A stretch of DNA of 64,000 bases from Nitrosopumilus sp. (GCA_965206745.1 OZ242220.1:480001-544000); one strand, 5' to 3'; shown: positions 50,940 to 59,734, counted from the first letter of the stretch. The notes: generated by a model not told the origin, from the sequence alone. Numbers and translations: made by a program.

Positions 50940-51830
50940 AATGCACCCTAACGAATTTTTGTTCATCAGTTTATCACACATCAAATCTTGACGGAAATAA
51001 ATATGCGTGATTATTTTTACCAGTAATCCAAACACATGTTTTTTAATCATCAGTTAATCATATTGTTAGTTATTGATAATATGAGTTAAAAAAATTACAG
51101 TTCTTTTATTCAATGGCTTCAAGCTACCTGTCAGATTACAAACGATCTTGACCTGCAAATCATATCTCATCACACCACACTACAAAAGACAGCGGCAAGA
51201 ATAAATGAAAAGATACTATACATGGTAATAAAACGATTCATCAATCATGTATATGCAAGAGAAATATTTGGAATTGATATATTTGGAATTGAGACAGGCC
51301 GTGCAATAAAACATTATTCATGGAGGGTTCAAAATCAGATATATATTTATCAAGGCATATCTCTATGTTCTGACATATCAACCCAGATTGTCTGCACTAC
51401 AATTGTAGATAATCACCAGTATCTCATGACGTCAAACATGTTTCTTCATCGCTATCAAAAATACATCCTCACAAATTAGTAAAGCCAATGATACCTGACA
51501 AGGGAATAGGATTCAGAATTAATCCACAAATTGATACTCAGTAACAGCATACATTCTGTAATTCCTGTAAGAAGCAGGACAAACAGGGTCAGCAAGGTAA
51601 AAAAGACATGCAGAAAAGAGATGTATCGAAAATTTGAAAAAGAGACATATTTTCAGAGAAATTAAAAAGAGTTGTCTTTTCGGTAATAAAGAGAATGTTT
51701 GATCAAAGATTCTTTCATGTAATGAATCTTAGATAGTAAAAGAAACACCACATAAAATATTGGTCTATAACTGTCACAGAATATACCTGATCGTAAATTT
51801 AGAGATGATTTCTATATTGTCGATCTAACT
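50940..51830 (+). mobile_element. heavily degraded IS5-family (DDE_Tnp_1-like) transposase
   Basis: Frameshifted fragments in the expected order: DKG.DSELIH, VIPVR, KFEKETYFQRN, VFSVIKRMF, LVYNCHR. Confidence 0.65.
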
Positions 51831-51866
51831 AAATCTATATTACTTGAAGACTATCATAGTTATTAG

Positions 51867-53375
51867 TTGTCAGATAAAATTACCCTTGAAGAATTAAAAT
51901 CTTATCTTTGGAAAGCCACTGATATTTTACGGGGATCTCTTGATCCTCAAGAATATAGACAACCGGTAATGACTGTTCTATTTCTAAAGAGATTAAATGA
52001 TACTTTTGAAGAAAATGTTGAAAAATTAATCAAAGAGGGAAATACACAAAAAAAAGCAGAACAAAAATTTCGACACAAGTTCTATGTTCCAGAATCTGCA
52101 CGATGGCATGTACTATCTGATGCATCATCGAATCTGGGTGAAATAATTGATAATGTCTGTAGAGATATTGAAAACAACGTTTCACAACTAGAAGGAGTTC
52201 TCACCAATACTACATACAATGATAAAAAAAAATATCCTGATGATAAATTACGAAAATTAATTGCACATTTTAATGAACTTACACTAAAGAACCAAAATCT
52301 AGAGAAAGAAGACATCTTTGGAGATGCATACGAGTATTTATTGGAGACATTTGCAGATGAAACAAAAAAGAAAGGTGGTGAATTTTTTACTCCAAGGGAA
52401 ATTGTTCAACTTTTAGTAAACATTACAAAGCCACAGGAAAAAATGAAAATCTCAGATCCGACATGTGGTTCTGGTGGTATGTTGGTTGTGTCTAGAAAAT
52501 ATGTCAAAGATCACAGAGGAAATATCGAAAACATTGTACTTGATGGTCAAGAATCTAATTATGGAAATTTAGGAATGTGTAAGATGAATCTAATGTTGCA
52601 TGGTGTGGAGAATTTTAGAATAGAATATGGTGATACCTTGTCTGATCCTAAACTTATTGACTGTGGAAAATTGAAACAATATGATAGAGTATTGGCAAAT
52701 TTTCCATTTTCCATGGATTGGGATAACTCTACTGCATCAAAAGATCCATACAATAGATTTGGATACGGTATTGCACCAGCCAAAGATAAGGCAGACTATG
52801 CATTTATCTTGCACATACTATCATCTCTAAACGAAAAAGGACAAGCAGCCATTGTCTGTTCACAAGGTGTTTTGTTCAGAGGAGGTGAGGAAGGGAAGAT
52901 TAGAAAGAATATGATAATGGGTAATGGATCAAATAATCTTGCAAATGATGTAATTGAGGCAATAATTGCATTGCCTCAAAAGATGTTCTGGGGAACAAGT
53001 ATTCCTGCTTGTGTAATGATACTAAACAAGAATAAGCCTACAAAAAGAAGAAGAAAAATAATATTCATTTACGGCGCAAAGGATTTTGAGGAGGGAAAGA
53101 ATAGAAACAAACTACGCGATGTAGATATGAAAAAAATTATCTCAGCGTTTGAGAAATTTGAAGATATTGACAAATATTGTCATGTTGCAAATATTGAAGA
53201 GTTGGAGGAAAATGAATTTAATCTCAACGTTCCAAGATATGTTGATATTTCAGAGCCTGAAGAAGATATTGATATTCAGAATGCATGGGATGAACTCATA
53301 GAGATCAACACAGTACAAGAAAAACTGAAAAAACAAGTAAAAACAGATCTCAAGGAATTAGGAATAAAGATCTGA
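51867..53375 (+). CDS. hsdM: type I restriction enzyme M subunit (locus 2)
   Basis: LWKATDILRG, GEFFTP, DPTCGSGGML, ANFPFS (variant motif IV), GVLFRG, NLNVPRYV. Confidence 0.94.
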   Translation: MSDKITLEELKSYLWKATDILRGSLDPQEYRQPVMTVLFLKRLNDTFEENVEKLIKEGNTQKKAEQKFRHKFYVPESARWHVLSDASSNLGEIIDNVCRDIENNVSQLEGVLTNTTYNDKKKYPDDKLRKLIAHFNELTLKNQNLEKEDIFGDAYEYLLETFADETKKKGGEFFTPREIVQLLVNITKPQEKMKISDPTCGSGGMLVVSRKYVKDHRGNIENIVLDGQESNYGNLGMCKMNLMLHGVENFRIEYGDTLSDPKLIDCGKLKQYDRVLANFPFSMDWDNSTASKDPYNRFGYGIAPAKDKADYAFILHILSSLNEKGQAAIVCSQGVLFRGGEEGKIRKNMIMGNGSNNLANDVIEAIIALPQKMFWGTSIPACVMILNKNKPTKRRRKIIFIYGAKDFEEGKNRNKLRDVDMKKIISAFEKFEDIDKYCHVANIEELEENEFNLNVPRYVDISEPEEDIDIQNAWDELIEINTVQEKLKKQVKTDLKELGIKI

Positions 53376-53599
53376 TCAATGATATCTGCTCTATAAATTA
53401 GGAAATATTTTGTACAATTTCAGATAAGACATCAAATGATATCTTTGTTGCATGTAATTGTGTAGTTAATCCTACAACGTTTTTCCATAGGATTCATTTG
53501 CAGGTAAATCAGTTGACGTATGTTGTGGTTTGTTACAGGAAAGAATATTGAGCTGTTGTGTTATGTGTCGTATTTCAGTTGTTATAATCCATGCATCCA

Positions 53600-54580
53600 A
53601 AATATTGTAGATCTAGACTTACGATCAAAAATTTATCTCCTGTTGCAATTATCACCCTGTTGAGATATCGGATAACATCCATGTTGTATCGAACTGTTCT
53701 AAAGTGTTCGGAGATTTTATCCCACATATCACTGTTGGATAATATTCAGATATACACAGATCTCATTTTGCCTGATGTCCACATTTCTCCACTGCATCCA
53801 AATGTGGAGATCTTTTTGGTAGGTAGATCATCTTGATGTTCTTGTCTCTTTTGAGCAGCTCTTGGATATTGTTTGTCAGATGTTGAGGTGTCTTATCCTC
53901 TGTTACTACAATTTTACCAAAATGTCTTTGCATGTCAATGATGTATTTTTCAAATATCTTTATATCAATCAATCATATGTCCTAAAGAATTGCTTGTCAT
54001 CAATTGAAAGTGCACCATACACTGCAACTTTTTGATGCAGTCCAATGTATGGAATCATTATAGATTTCCTTTGATAGATCAGTATTTACATCACGGTGTT
54101 GCGTCATGAATAAAGAAAGATTTGTTTTGACTAGAATAATAAATCTCTTGTGTTTTAGGAATCCAATCTTGTTTTGTGTACGGCGTTGCCATCTGTATAC
54201 TGCCTTACTGTCTTCTCTGTTAATGTATATTCTTCTGGCACATTTAGGGATCCTATTGTATATCTGCATCATCTTGTTGAGTGATGTTATATGCAACGTT
54301 GCATTGGTTTTATGGAATATGTGTTGATATAATTTTGACAGAGTGATCTGCAAATTAGATATCTCATTCATTATGCGGCCAATCTTTCTGCGTTGTATTT
54401 TTGAATGCTTACCATTACGAGAAAGATCCCTGAAGACGTTCATGCTGGCCTCGTTGAATCTTGATATTCATTTGCCTACTCATTCTGAACAACACATAGT
54501 ATGTTGGCAATCTCCTCATACATCACCTTTTTTCCAATACCATGTGAACTATAATCATTCATCTACTGATTAGAATATTT
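53600..54580 (-). mobile_element. IS630-family transposase pseudogene
   Basis: Fragments RDLSRNGKHSKI (HTH region) and GKIVVTEDKTPQH..IYLPKRSPHLDAVEKC (DDE_3 'LP..SP.LN.IE' motif), with multiple stops and frameshifts. Confidence 0.75.
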
Positions 54581-55178
54581 TTTTCCTTGTCACATATTTT
54601 TTTAAATTTTTTATGTTTGGGTTATTCATGTCATACATGAACTGAGATGATCCTTATACTCAGAGTTTTACAAAATTTGATACATGAATGAGTTTTTTCT
54701 CGTCAGTCTAGTCTGATTCTGCGAATCACACTAGCAAAAATCTAACATATGATAAGAGGTAATTTTATATGGAAATATTTTTTCTACTCTGCAAACTGTA
54801 AATATATACGGATGACAATGAAGGCATGTTACAAGAATTCCTGAAGTACAAATTATTCATTTACTTGTTAATCAAACACATAACAACACCAACAGAATCA
54901 AGATCATACCAACTATGTCTAGATGATTTGATGGTTTTTTAAATTATCATGCATAGTTTTTTTAGACATCCTGTCTCCTTTCTTCCATTTCATTTGCATT
55001 CTCGCTCGTATTTTCTTGAATAGTCTTTTGATCTCTGGTATTGCGTAAATTCTTTAGATTTCATTGGTATTTTTGAGGCATATCGTTTAAAAGTTTTTTG
55101 ATTTGATGTGCTACTGATCTATAAGCTTTTTGTTATTTTTAGAGGTGAGTTTATGGGCAACATTGATTTCTTCTCATT

Positions 55179-55742
55179 ATGCAAATTTTTATATCTCATG
55201 CCAAAGAAGATAATCCCATAGTCTACCAAATATTGAAAATGCTAGACGATAATCAAATTCGTCATTGGCAGGATCTAACTCGAATAGATGTAAGTAGTTC
55301 TATTAACAAAGAGATAAACGATGCAATTAGTTCTTCTAGTCATTTTTTATTAATATGGTCAAAAAATGCAAATAAATCAACGTTTGTTCAAAAAGAATAT
55401 AATTCAGCTATTACTCCAGATTATGATTATAAATTAAAGAAAATAATTATAAGATTAGATGATACTCGTCTACCTGCATTATTGGCTGATTTACGATATT
55501 ATAGAATTAGTTCTGATGAATTAGAAAAAACTATGCATGAGATAATTTTTGACATTAAGAAACTAGATAATGAAGATGAAAGACAAAAGAAATTTGATGA
55601 TTATCTAGATGAAAAATTTGACAATATTTTTATTGCAGATCACGAATACAGCACATCATATGCATTAAAAAATATAGATAACAAAACATATCATGAAAAC
55701 ATGCTAAGTTGGGAAGATGTTTTAAATGAGGAAGGAAATTGA
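55179..55742 (+). CDS. TIR-domain protein (TIR_2-like) with short C-terminal extension
   Basis: IFISHAKED, EINDAISSS..FLLIWS.NA.KS.FVQKEY with the putative catalytic Glu. The stop overlaps the hsdS-B start. Confidence 0.85.
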   Translation: MQIFISHAKEDNPIVYQILKMLDDNQIRHWQDLTRIDVSSSINKEINDAISSSSHFLLIWSKNANKSTFVQKEYNSAITPDYDYKLKKIIIRLDDTRLPALLADLRYYRISSDELEKTMHEIIFDIKKLDNEDERQKKFDDYLDEKFDNIFIADHEYSTSYALKNIDNKTYHENMLSWEDVLNEEGN

Positions 55743-57052
55743 AAAAAAGAAATAGATACAAGAGAGTAAAAGGATTGTTTGGTGAATATGAAGAAATTCC
55801 AGAAGAATGGGGCTTTTCAATTTTAAATAAACTAACTTTACATAATGATCAGAGTTCCATCCGAATGGGTCCATTTGGAAGTAGTCTAAAAAAACATGAA
55901 TTATTAGATGAAGGAAAAATTAAAACAATCTGGATTGAAAATATTGTAAATAATGAATTTTCATGGGAATATCAGAAATATATCTCTGAAGAAAAATATA
56001 AACAACTTGGAAATTTCACAGTAAAACCAAATGATCTTCTTATTACAATGATGGGAACTTTGGGAAGAGTAGCTATAGTTCCAAAAGACATCGATATTGC
56101 CATAATCTCGTCACATCTTCTAAAAATTACATTAGATAATGACAAAATGATTTCAGAATATTTGTATTATTTCTTAAAATCAAATTTTGCATTTCGACAG
56201 ATTACAAAAGAATCTAGAGGGATGGTAATGGGAGGTTTGAATACAAAAATTATTAAAAATCTATGGATAATTATTCCAACAATTCTAGAACAACAAAAAA
56301 TTGCATCAATTCTTTCTAATGTTGACGCATTGATACAAAATACACAACAAGTTGTGGATAAAGCTGGACGATTAAAGAAAGGATTGATGCAAGAATTATT
56401 GATAAAAGGAATAAAACATGACCAATTTAAGAAAATAAAAGGATTATTTGGTAAAGAGATAGAGATTCCTGAAGATTGGGAGATCAAGAAAATTAATGAA
56501 ATAGGAGAGATAATAACTGGTAATACTCCATCAACAGATAACCAAGAATATTATGGTAATGAATATTTGTGGGTTAGCCCATCAGATATAAATCAACAAA
56601 AATTTATTGATAATACTAATTCAAAATTATCCCGTAAAGGATTCGAAGTTTGTAGAAGTATACCTAAATATGCGGTTTTAATTGTTTGTATTGGTTCGAC
56701 TATAGGAAAAATTGTAATAGCATCCAAACAAATGTCAACTAACCAACAAATTAATTCAATAATTTGTAAGCAATTTGATCCAGAATTTGTGTATTATCAA
56801 ATACTAAAAAATAATAAATTAATCAAAAACATATCTAATCAAGCTGCAGTTCCAATTTTAAACAAAACAGATTTTGGCATAATTAAAATCATTATACCCA
56901 CTAATTATGAAGAACAAACCAAAATTGCATCAATCCTGTCAGGAGTTGACGCATACATTCAAAAAAATCAAGAATACAAGAAACATCTGGAACTTCTAAA
57001 GAAAGGATTAATGCAAAAATTACTAACTGGTAAAATACGTGTAAAAGTATGA
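55739..57052 (+). CDS. hsdS: hsdS-B: full-length type I S subunit (probable expressed allele)
   Basis: IPEEW TRD1, central conserved helix, IPEDW TRD2, and complete tail YIQKNQEYKKHLELLKKGLMQKLLTGKIRVKV. Confidence 0.94.
   Translation: MKKRNRYKRVKGLFGEYEEIPEEWGFSILNKLTLHNDQSSIRMGPFGSSLKKHELLDEGKIKTIWIENIVNNEFSWEYQKYISEEKYKQLGNFTVKPNDLLITMMGTLGRVAIVPKDIDIAIISSHLLKITLDNDKMISEYLYYFLKSNFAFRQITKESRGMVMGGLNTKIIKNLWIIIPTILEQQKIASILSNVDALIQNTQQVVDKAGRLKKGLMQELLIKGIKHDQFKKIKGLFGKEIEIPEDWEIKKINEIGEIITGNTPSTDNQEYYGNEYLWVSPSDINQQKFIDNTNSKLSRKGFEVCRSIPKYAVLIVCIGSTIGKIVIASKQMSTNQQINSIICKQFDPEFVYYQILKNNKLIKNISNQAAVPILNKTDFGIIKIIIPTNYEEQTKIASILSGVDAYIQKNQEYKKHLELLKKGLMQKLLTGKIRVKV
56288..56401 (+). repeat. 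IR1-right (114 bp)
   Basis: Identical inverted copy of 45699..45812. Contains TTGCATCAA-TTCTTTCTAATG-TTGACGCA (56301..56329). Confidence 0.95.
56921..56953 (+). repeat. IR2-right (33 bp)
   Basis: Contains TTGCATCAA-TCCTGTCAGGAG-TTGACGCA (56925..56953). Inverted copy of 45135..45167. Confidence 0.9.
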
Positions 57053-57194
57053 CTTTGGGAATGTGCCTAGAATGGAAAGATCATCAAAATTCAGAACAAG
57101 ACTGATTCCTATGCCTAGAATGCCAGTTGTATCCTTGGGGGAGCCACAAAACGGGTATTAGGTATAAAATACCCCTTTCCTCACTTGACGATTA

Positions 57195-57680
57195 GTGGAT
57201 AGAATAAAGCGACTCTCATTTGAGGTTCTAGTAGATCACAAATCCAAGTTTGGCGAGGACTTTGCTGATAACAAAAAGGCACTTGATCTGATATCGATAA
57301 TCCGTTCAAAGGGATTAAAAAATGAGGTTGCAGGATATATTACAAAATTTATCAAAAACGAGATTCGTGAGGAGAAGACCAAGCAGGCAAGAATTGAGGC
57401 GGCAAAATCTGAGCAGCAGTTTGAGGAACCATCTGAGGCAGAACTCGGAAATGATGTACCTCAAGAGGCAGATAAAGTGACAACAGATGATAATACAGAT
57501 CAAGCAGTATCTGACATCCCTGATATTACAGAGCCTGCCACAGCAGACACAGCTCAAACAGTACCTGATATCCCTGAGACTGTAGAACCTGCCACAGCAG
57601 ACACAGCTCAAACAGTATCTGAGACTGCAGAACCTGTCACTGAGAATCCATCCGAACCAGTCAAAGAACCTGAATCATAA
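57195..57680 (+). CDS. rps17e: 30S ribosomal protein S17e with acidic repetitive C-terminal extension
   Basis: IKRLS..FGEDFADNKK..RSKGLKNEVAGYITK. The tail has EPATADTAQTV twice. Confidence 0.88.
   Translation: MDRIKRLSFEVLVDHKSKFGEDFADNKKALDLISIIRSKGLKNEVAGYITKFIKNEIREEKTKQARIEAAKSEQQFEEPSEAELGNDVPQEADKVTTDDNTDQAVSDIPDITEPATADTAQTVPDIPETVEPATADTAQTVSETAEPVTENPSEPVKEPES
57530..57636 (+). repeat. in-frame tandem repeat (54-bp period) in the rps17e tail
   Basis: CCTGCCACAGCAGACACAGCTCAAACAGTA occurs twice. Confidence 0.8.
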
Positions 57681-57712
57681 ATTAAATATTATTTCCCAAT
57701 CTCAAACTAGAC

Positions 57713-58483
57713 ATGTTTACTGTAAAATTTGTAGGCGGCGCAAAAAAATCATTCCCATCAGAGTATCTAAATATTGATCAGCCAGAGATGACAATACAAG
57801 AATTAATCACACTATTACCGGATCTAAAGCCTGCTGACACTCCCAAGCTTGACACAGATAACATCCTAATTGCAATTAATGGGGCTGACTCGTCTGCGAT
57901 GGATGGCAGGTCCACAAAGATAAGGAAGGACGATATTGTAAGTATCATACCGCTTATTCATGGAGGCGCATCAAAGAGGATTACATTTGAACTCTCAAAA
58001 AAAATCATACAGGCAGTTCAAATCAAAGGTCAAAAATCAACGACCGTAAAATTCATCGATGAGCTGAGACAGAGACACCCCAGAGTCCGACTACAGGCAG
58101 TATCAAGTGACTTTATTCTAAACCGCTATCACCTAAAAAAGATCATCTCCATATCCTTAGAGTCGGAGAAAAATGACATCCTGCTCTCAAAGAAACTTGA
58201 GATTGACATCCTGATGAGGTTTGCCCTGACTGCGCAGATCTCAAGTGCGATAAAGAATGCCGGAATAAAGCCCAAAACAGACTTTATCATAATTGCAATA
58301 GGCAGCAAACGATATCTGGATTCTTTATACCGTGAACTGATGCCCCTCTCTACCATCATGACTCTAAATAATCATGAATCCCTAAAGAGGCACTTCAAAA
58401 TAACAAAAAGACACATTGACTCGGTCCACTCAAAAGATCCGCTAGCCGACATACTAGTCGAAAAGGCAGCCGTACTATTCTGA
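57713..58483 (+). CDS. ubiquitin-like (ThiS/MoaD/Urm1) domain fused to KEOPS subunit Cgi121-like domain
   Basis: N-terminal VKFVGG..ILIAING..IIPLIHGG (internal GG). C-terminal LEIDILMRFALTAQISSAIK.AG is Cgi121-like. Confidence 0.8.
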   Translation: MFTVKFVGGAKKSFPSEYLNIDQPEMTIQELITLLPDLKPADTPKLDTDNILIAINGADSSAMDGRSTKIRKDDIVSIIPLIHGGASKRITFELSKKIIQAVQIKGQKSTTVKFIDELRQRHPRVRLQAVSSDFILNRYHLKKIISISLESEKNDILLSKKLEIDILMRFALTAQISSAIKNAGIKPKTDFIIIAIGSKRYLDSLYRELMPLSTIMTLNNHESLKRHFKITKRHIDSVHSKDPLADILVEKAAVLF

Positions 58484-58996
58484 GATGCTTCGCTTGGTCT
58501 TTTCAGTGCTCAGTATGTCTGATTTTCTCAGAATCGACACCCCCGTCTTGTTGCCTAGAATCTCAACTAGTAGCACCTTGTCTGGAAAGTCCAGGGACAC
58601 CTTGTTCTTTATCTTACCTGCTACCCTTGTGATTATCTCCCTGCTTGATAAATCAGAGTTCCTCTTCTCGACTGATATCTTATACTCCTCACCCTCCAAA
58701 ATCTGACCTGACAGCTCTCCTGCGCTCTCCTCTATCTCCTCGACTTTTGACTCGATGACCCTCTGTATGGGTATGACCCTTTTGCAGTATCTCACACTCC
58801 ACGGCTCATCAAGGAGCATCTCTTTCATCCTCCTTACGACCTCTATCGGGTCAAGGCTTGTCTTGACAGTCAGGATTCCAGACATGCTAGTAATCGTCAC
58901 CTCGGCATCCGGATCCCCAAACTCTCCCAGGATATCCACAAGCTCATCCTCTGTCTCAGGTTCAAGGTGTCTGGGGCAGGTAACTATAAGATTCAT
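58475..58996 (-). CDS. THUMP domain RNA-binding protein
   Basis: NLIVTC..E, RVIPIQ, YKISVEKR, KVSLDFPDKVLLVEILG. Confidence 0.85.
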   Translation of the reverse strand: MNLIVTCPRHLEPETEDELVDILGEFGDPDAEVTITSMSGILTVKTSLDPIEVVRRMKEMLLDEPWSVRYCKRVIPIQRVIESKVEEIEESAGELSGQILEGEEYKISVEKRNSDLSSREIITRVAGKIKNKVSLDFPDKVLLVEILGNKTGVSILRKSDILSTEKTKRSISE

Positions 58997-59622
58997 GATT
59001 GTAAAATCTCCTCTTTGGTTAAAGAGCCTTTGCGGATTAGATTGATCCCCCCGTTATCGATCTCAATTATCGTTGATTCCCCCTTGCCTGCAATGGTTCC
59101 GCCATCCACAAAGACATCATAGCTCTGCAGACTCTTTAGGCAATCCTCCGGATTCGTATGTGGCAATCCTCCGGAGACATTTGCGCTGGTCCCGACAAGA
59201 AAGTCACACCTTCTTAACAGTTCTAGCGTGCACCTGTGGTCCGGGATTCTGATTGCTATCTTGTCTGTCAGATTCAGTGATTCCTTGATCTTTTCATCTG
59301 TAACCTTTAGAATTATTGTCAGTGGCCCTGGCCAGAATCTCTCAACGATCCTTTTGGCAAGTTCATTAAACTCTGCTATTCTTTGAGCAGCCTCCACTGA
59401 ATGCGTTAAAACTGGAAGCGGCTTTGATGCATCCCTTGACTTGATCCTGTATACCTTCTCCACTGCCACTCTATTGTATGGGTCGCACCCTATCCCATAG
59501 ACCGTATCTGTTGGAAAGACTGCTACTCCGCCCTGGCTGATTATCTGGGATGCCTTCTCTATTCCCTCCCCATCACAACTTACCTTCAACGCATTGGAAT
59601 GATCCCTTTCTTTAATTACCAT
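58993..59622 (-). CDS. L-threonylcarbamoyladenylate synthase (Sua5/YrdC/TsaC)
   Basis: FPTDTVYGIG, KxR..KPL, FWPGPLT, TSANVSG, STII. Confidence 0.93.
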   Translation of the reverse strand: MVIKERDHSNALKVSCDGEGIEKASQIISQGGVAVFPTDTVYGIGCDPYNRVAVEKVYRIKSRDASKPLPVLTHSVEAAQRIAEFNELAKRIVERFWPGPLTIILKVTDEKIKESLNLTDKIAIRIPDHRCTLELLRRCDFLVGTSANVSGGLPHTNPEDCLKSLQSYDVFVDGGTIAGKGESTIIEIDNGGINLIRKGSLTKEEILQS

Positions 59623-59665
59623 TTACATTTGAAAAAGTTTTTAACAGTTCTGATCATTGAAAGGT

Positions 59666-59734
59666 ATGTCATCTGTAAATTACGAGGATAACGACTTTGA
59701 GGATGACTTTGATGACAATCTAGATGAGGACTAG
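59666..59734 (+). CDS. putative 22-aa hyperacidic micro-protein
   Basis: MSSVNYEDNDFEDDFDDNLDED*. BRE/TATA-like GAAAAAG-TTTTTAA at 59631..59644. The stop overlaps the convergent wHTH stop (CTAG). Confidence 0.4.
   Translation: MSSVNYEDNDFEDDFDDNLDED

Noticed and set aside
45621-55810. 18-bp inverted match in the EIPEEW codons (45621..45638 versus 55793..55810) as a possible third inversion site pair.
   Set aside because: It is explained by the conserved peptide, lacks the dyad arms and pairs non-equivalent positions in the two genes.
57060-57125. Short direct repeat TGCCTAGAATG (twice) at the right island boundary.
   Set aside because: Only 11 bp and two copies. Similar words occur elsewhere (about 6044 and 22761), and no matching copy was seen at the left boundary.
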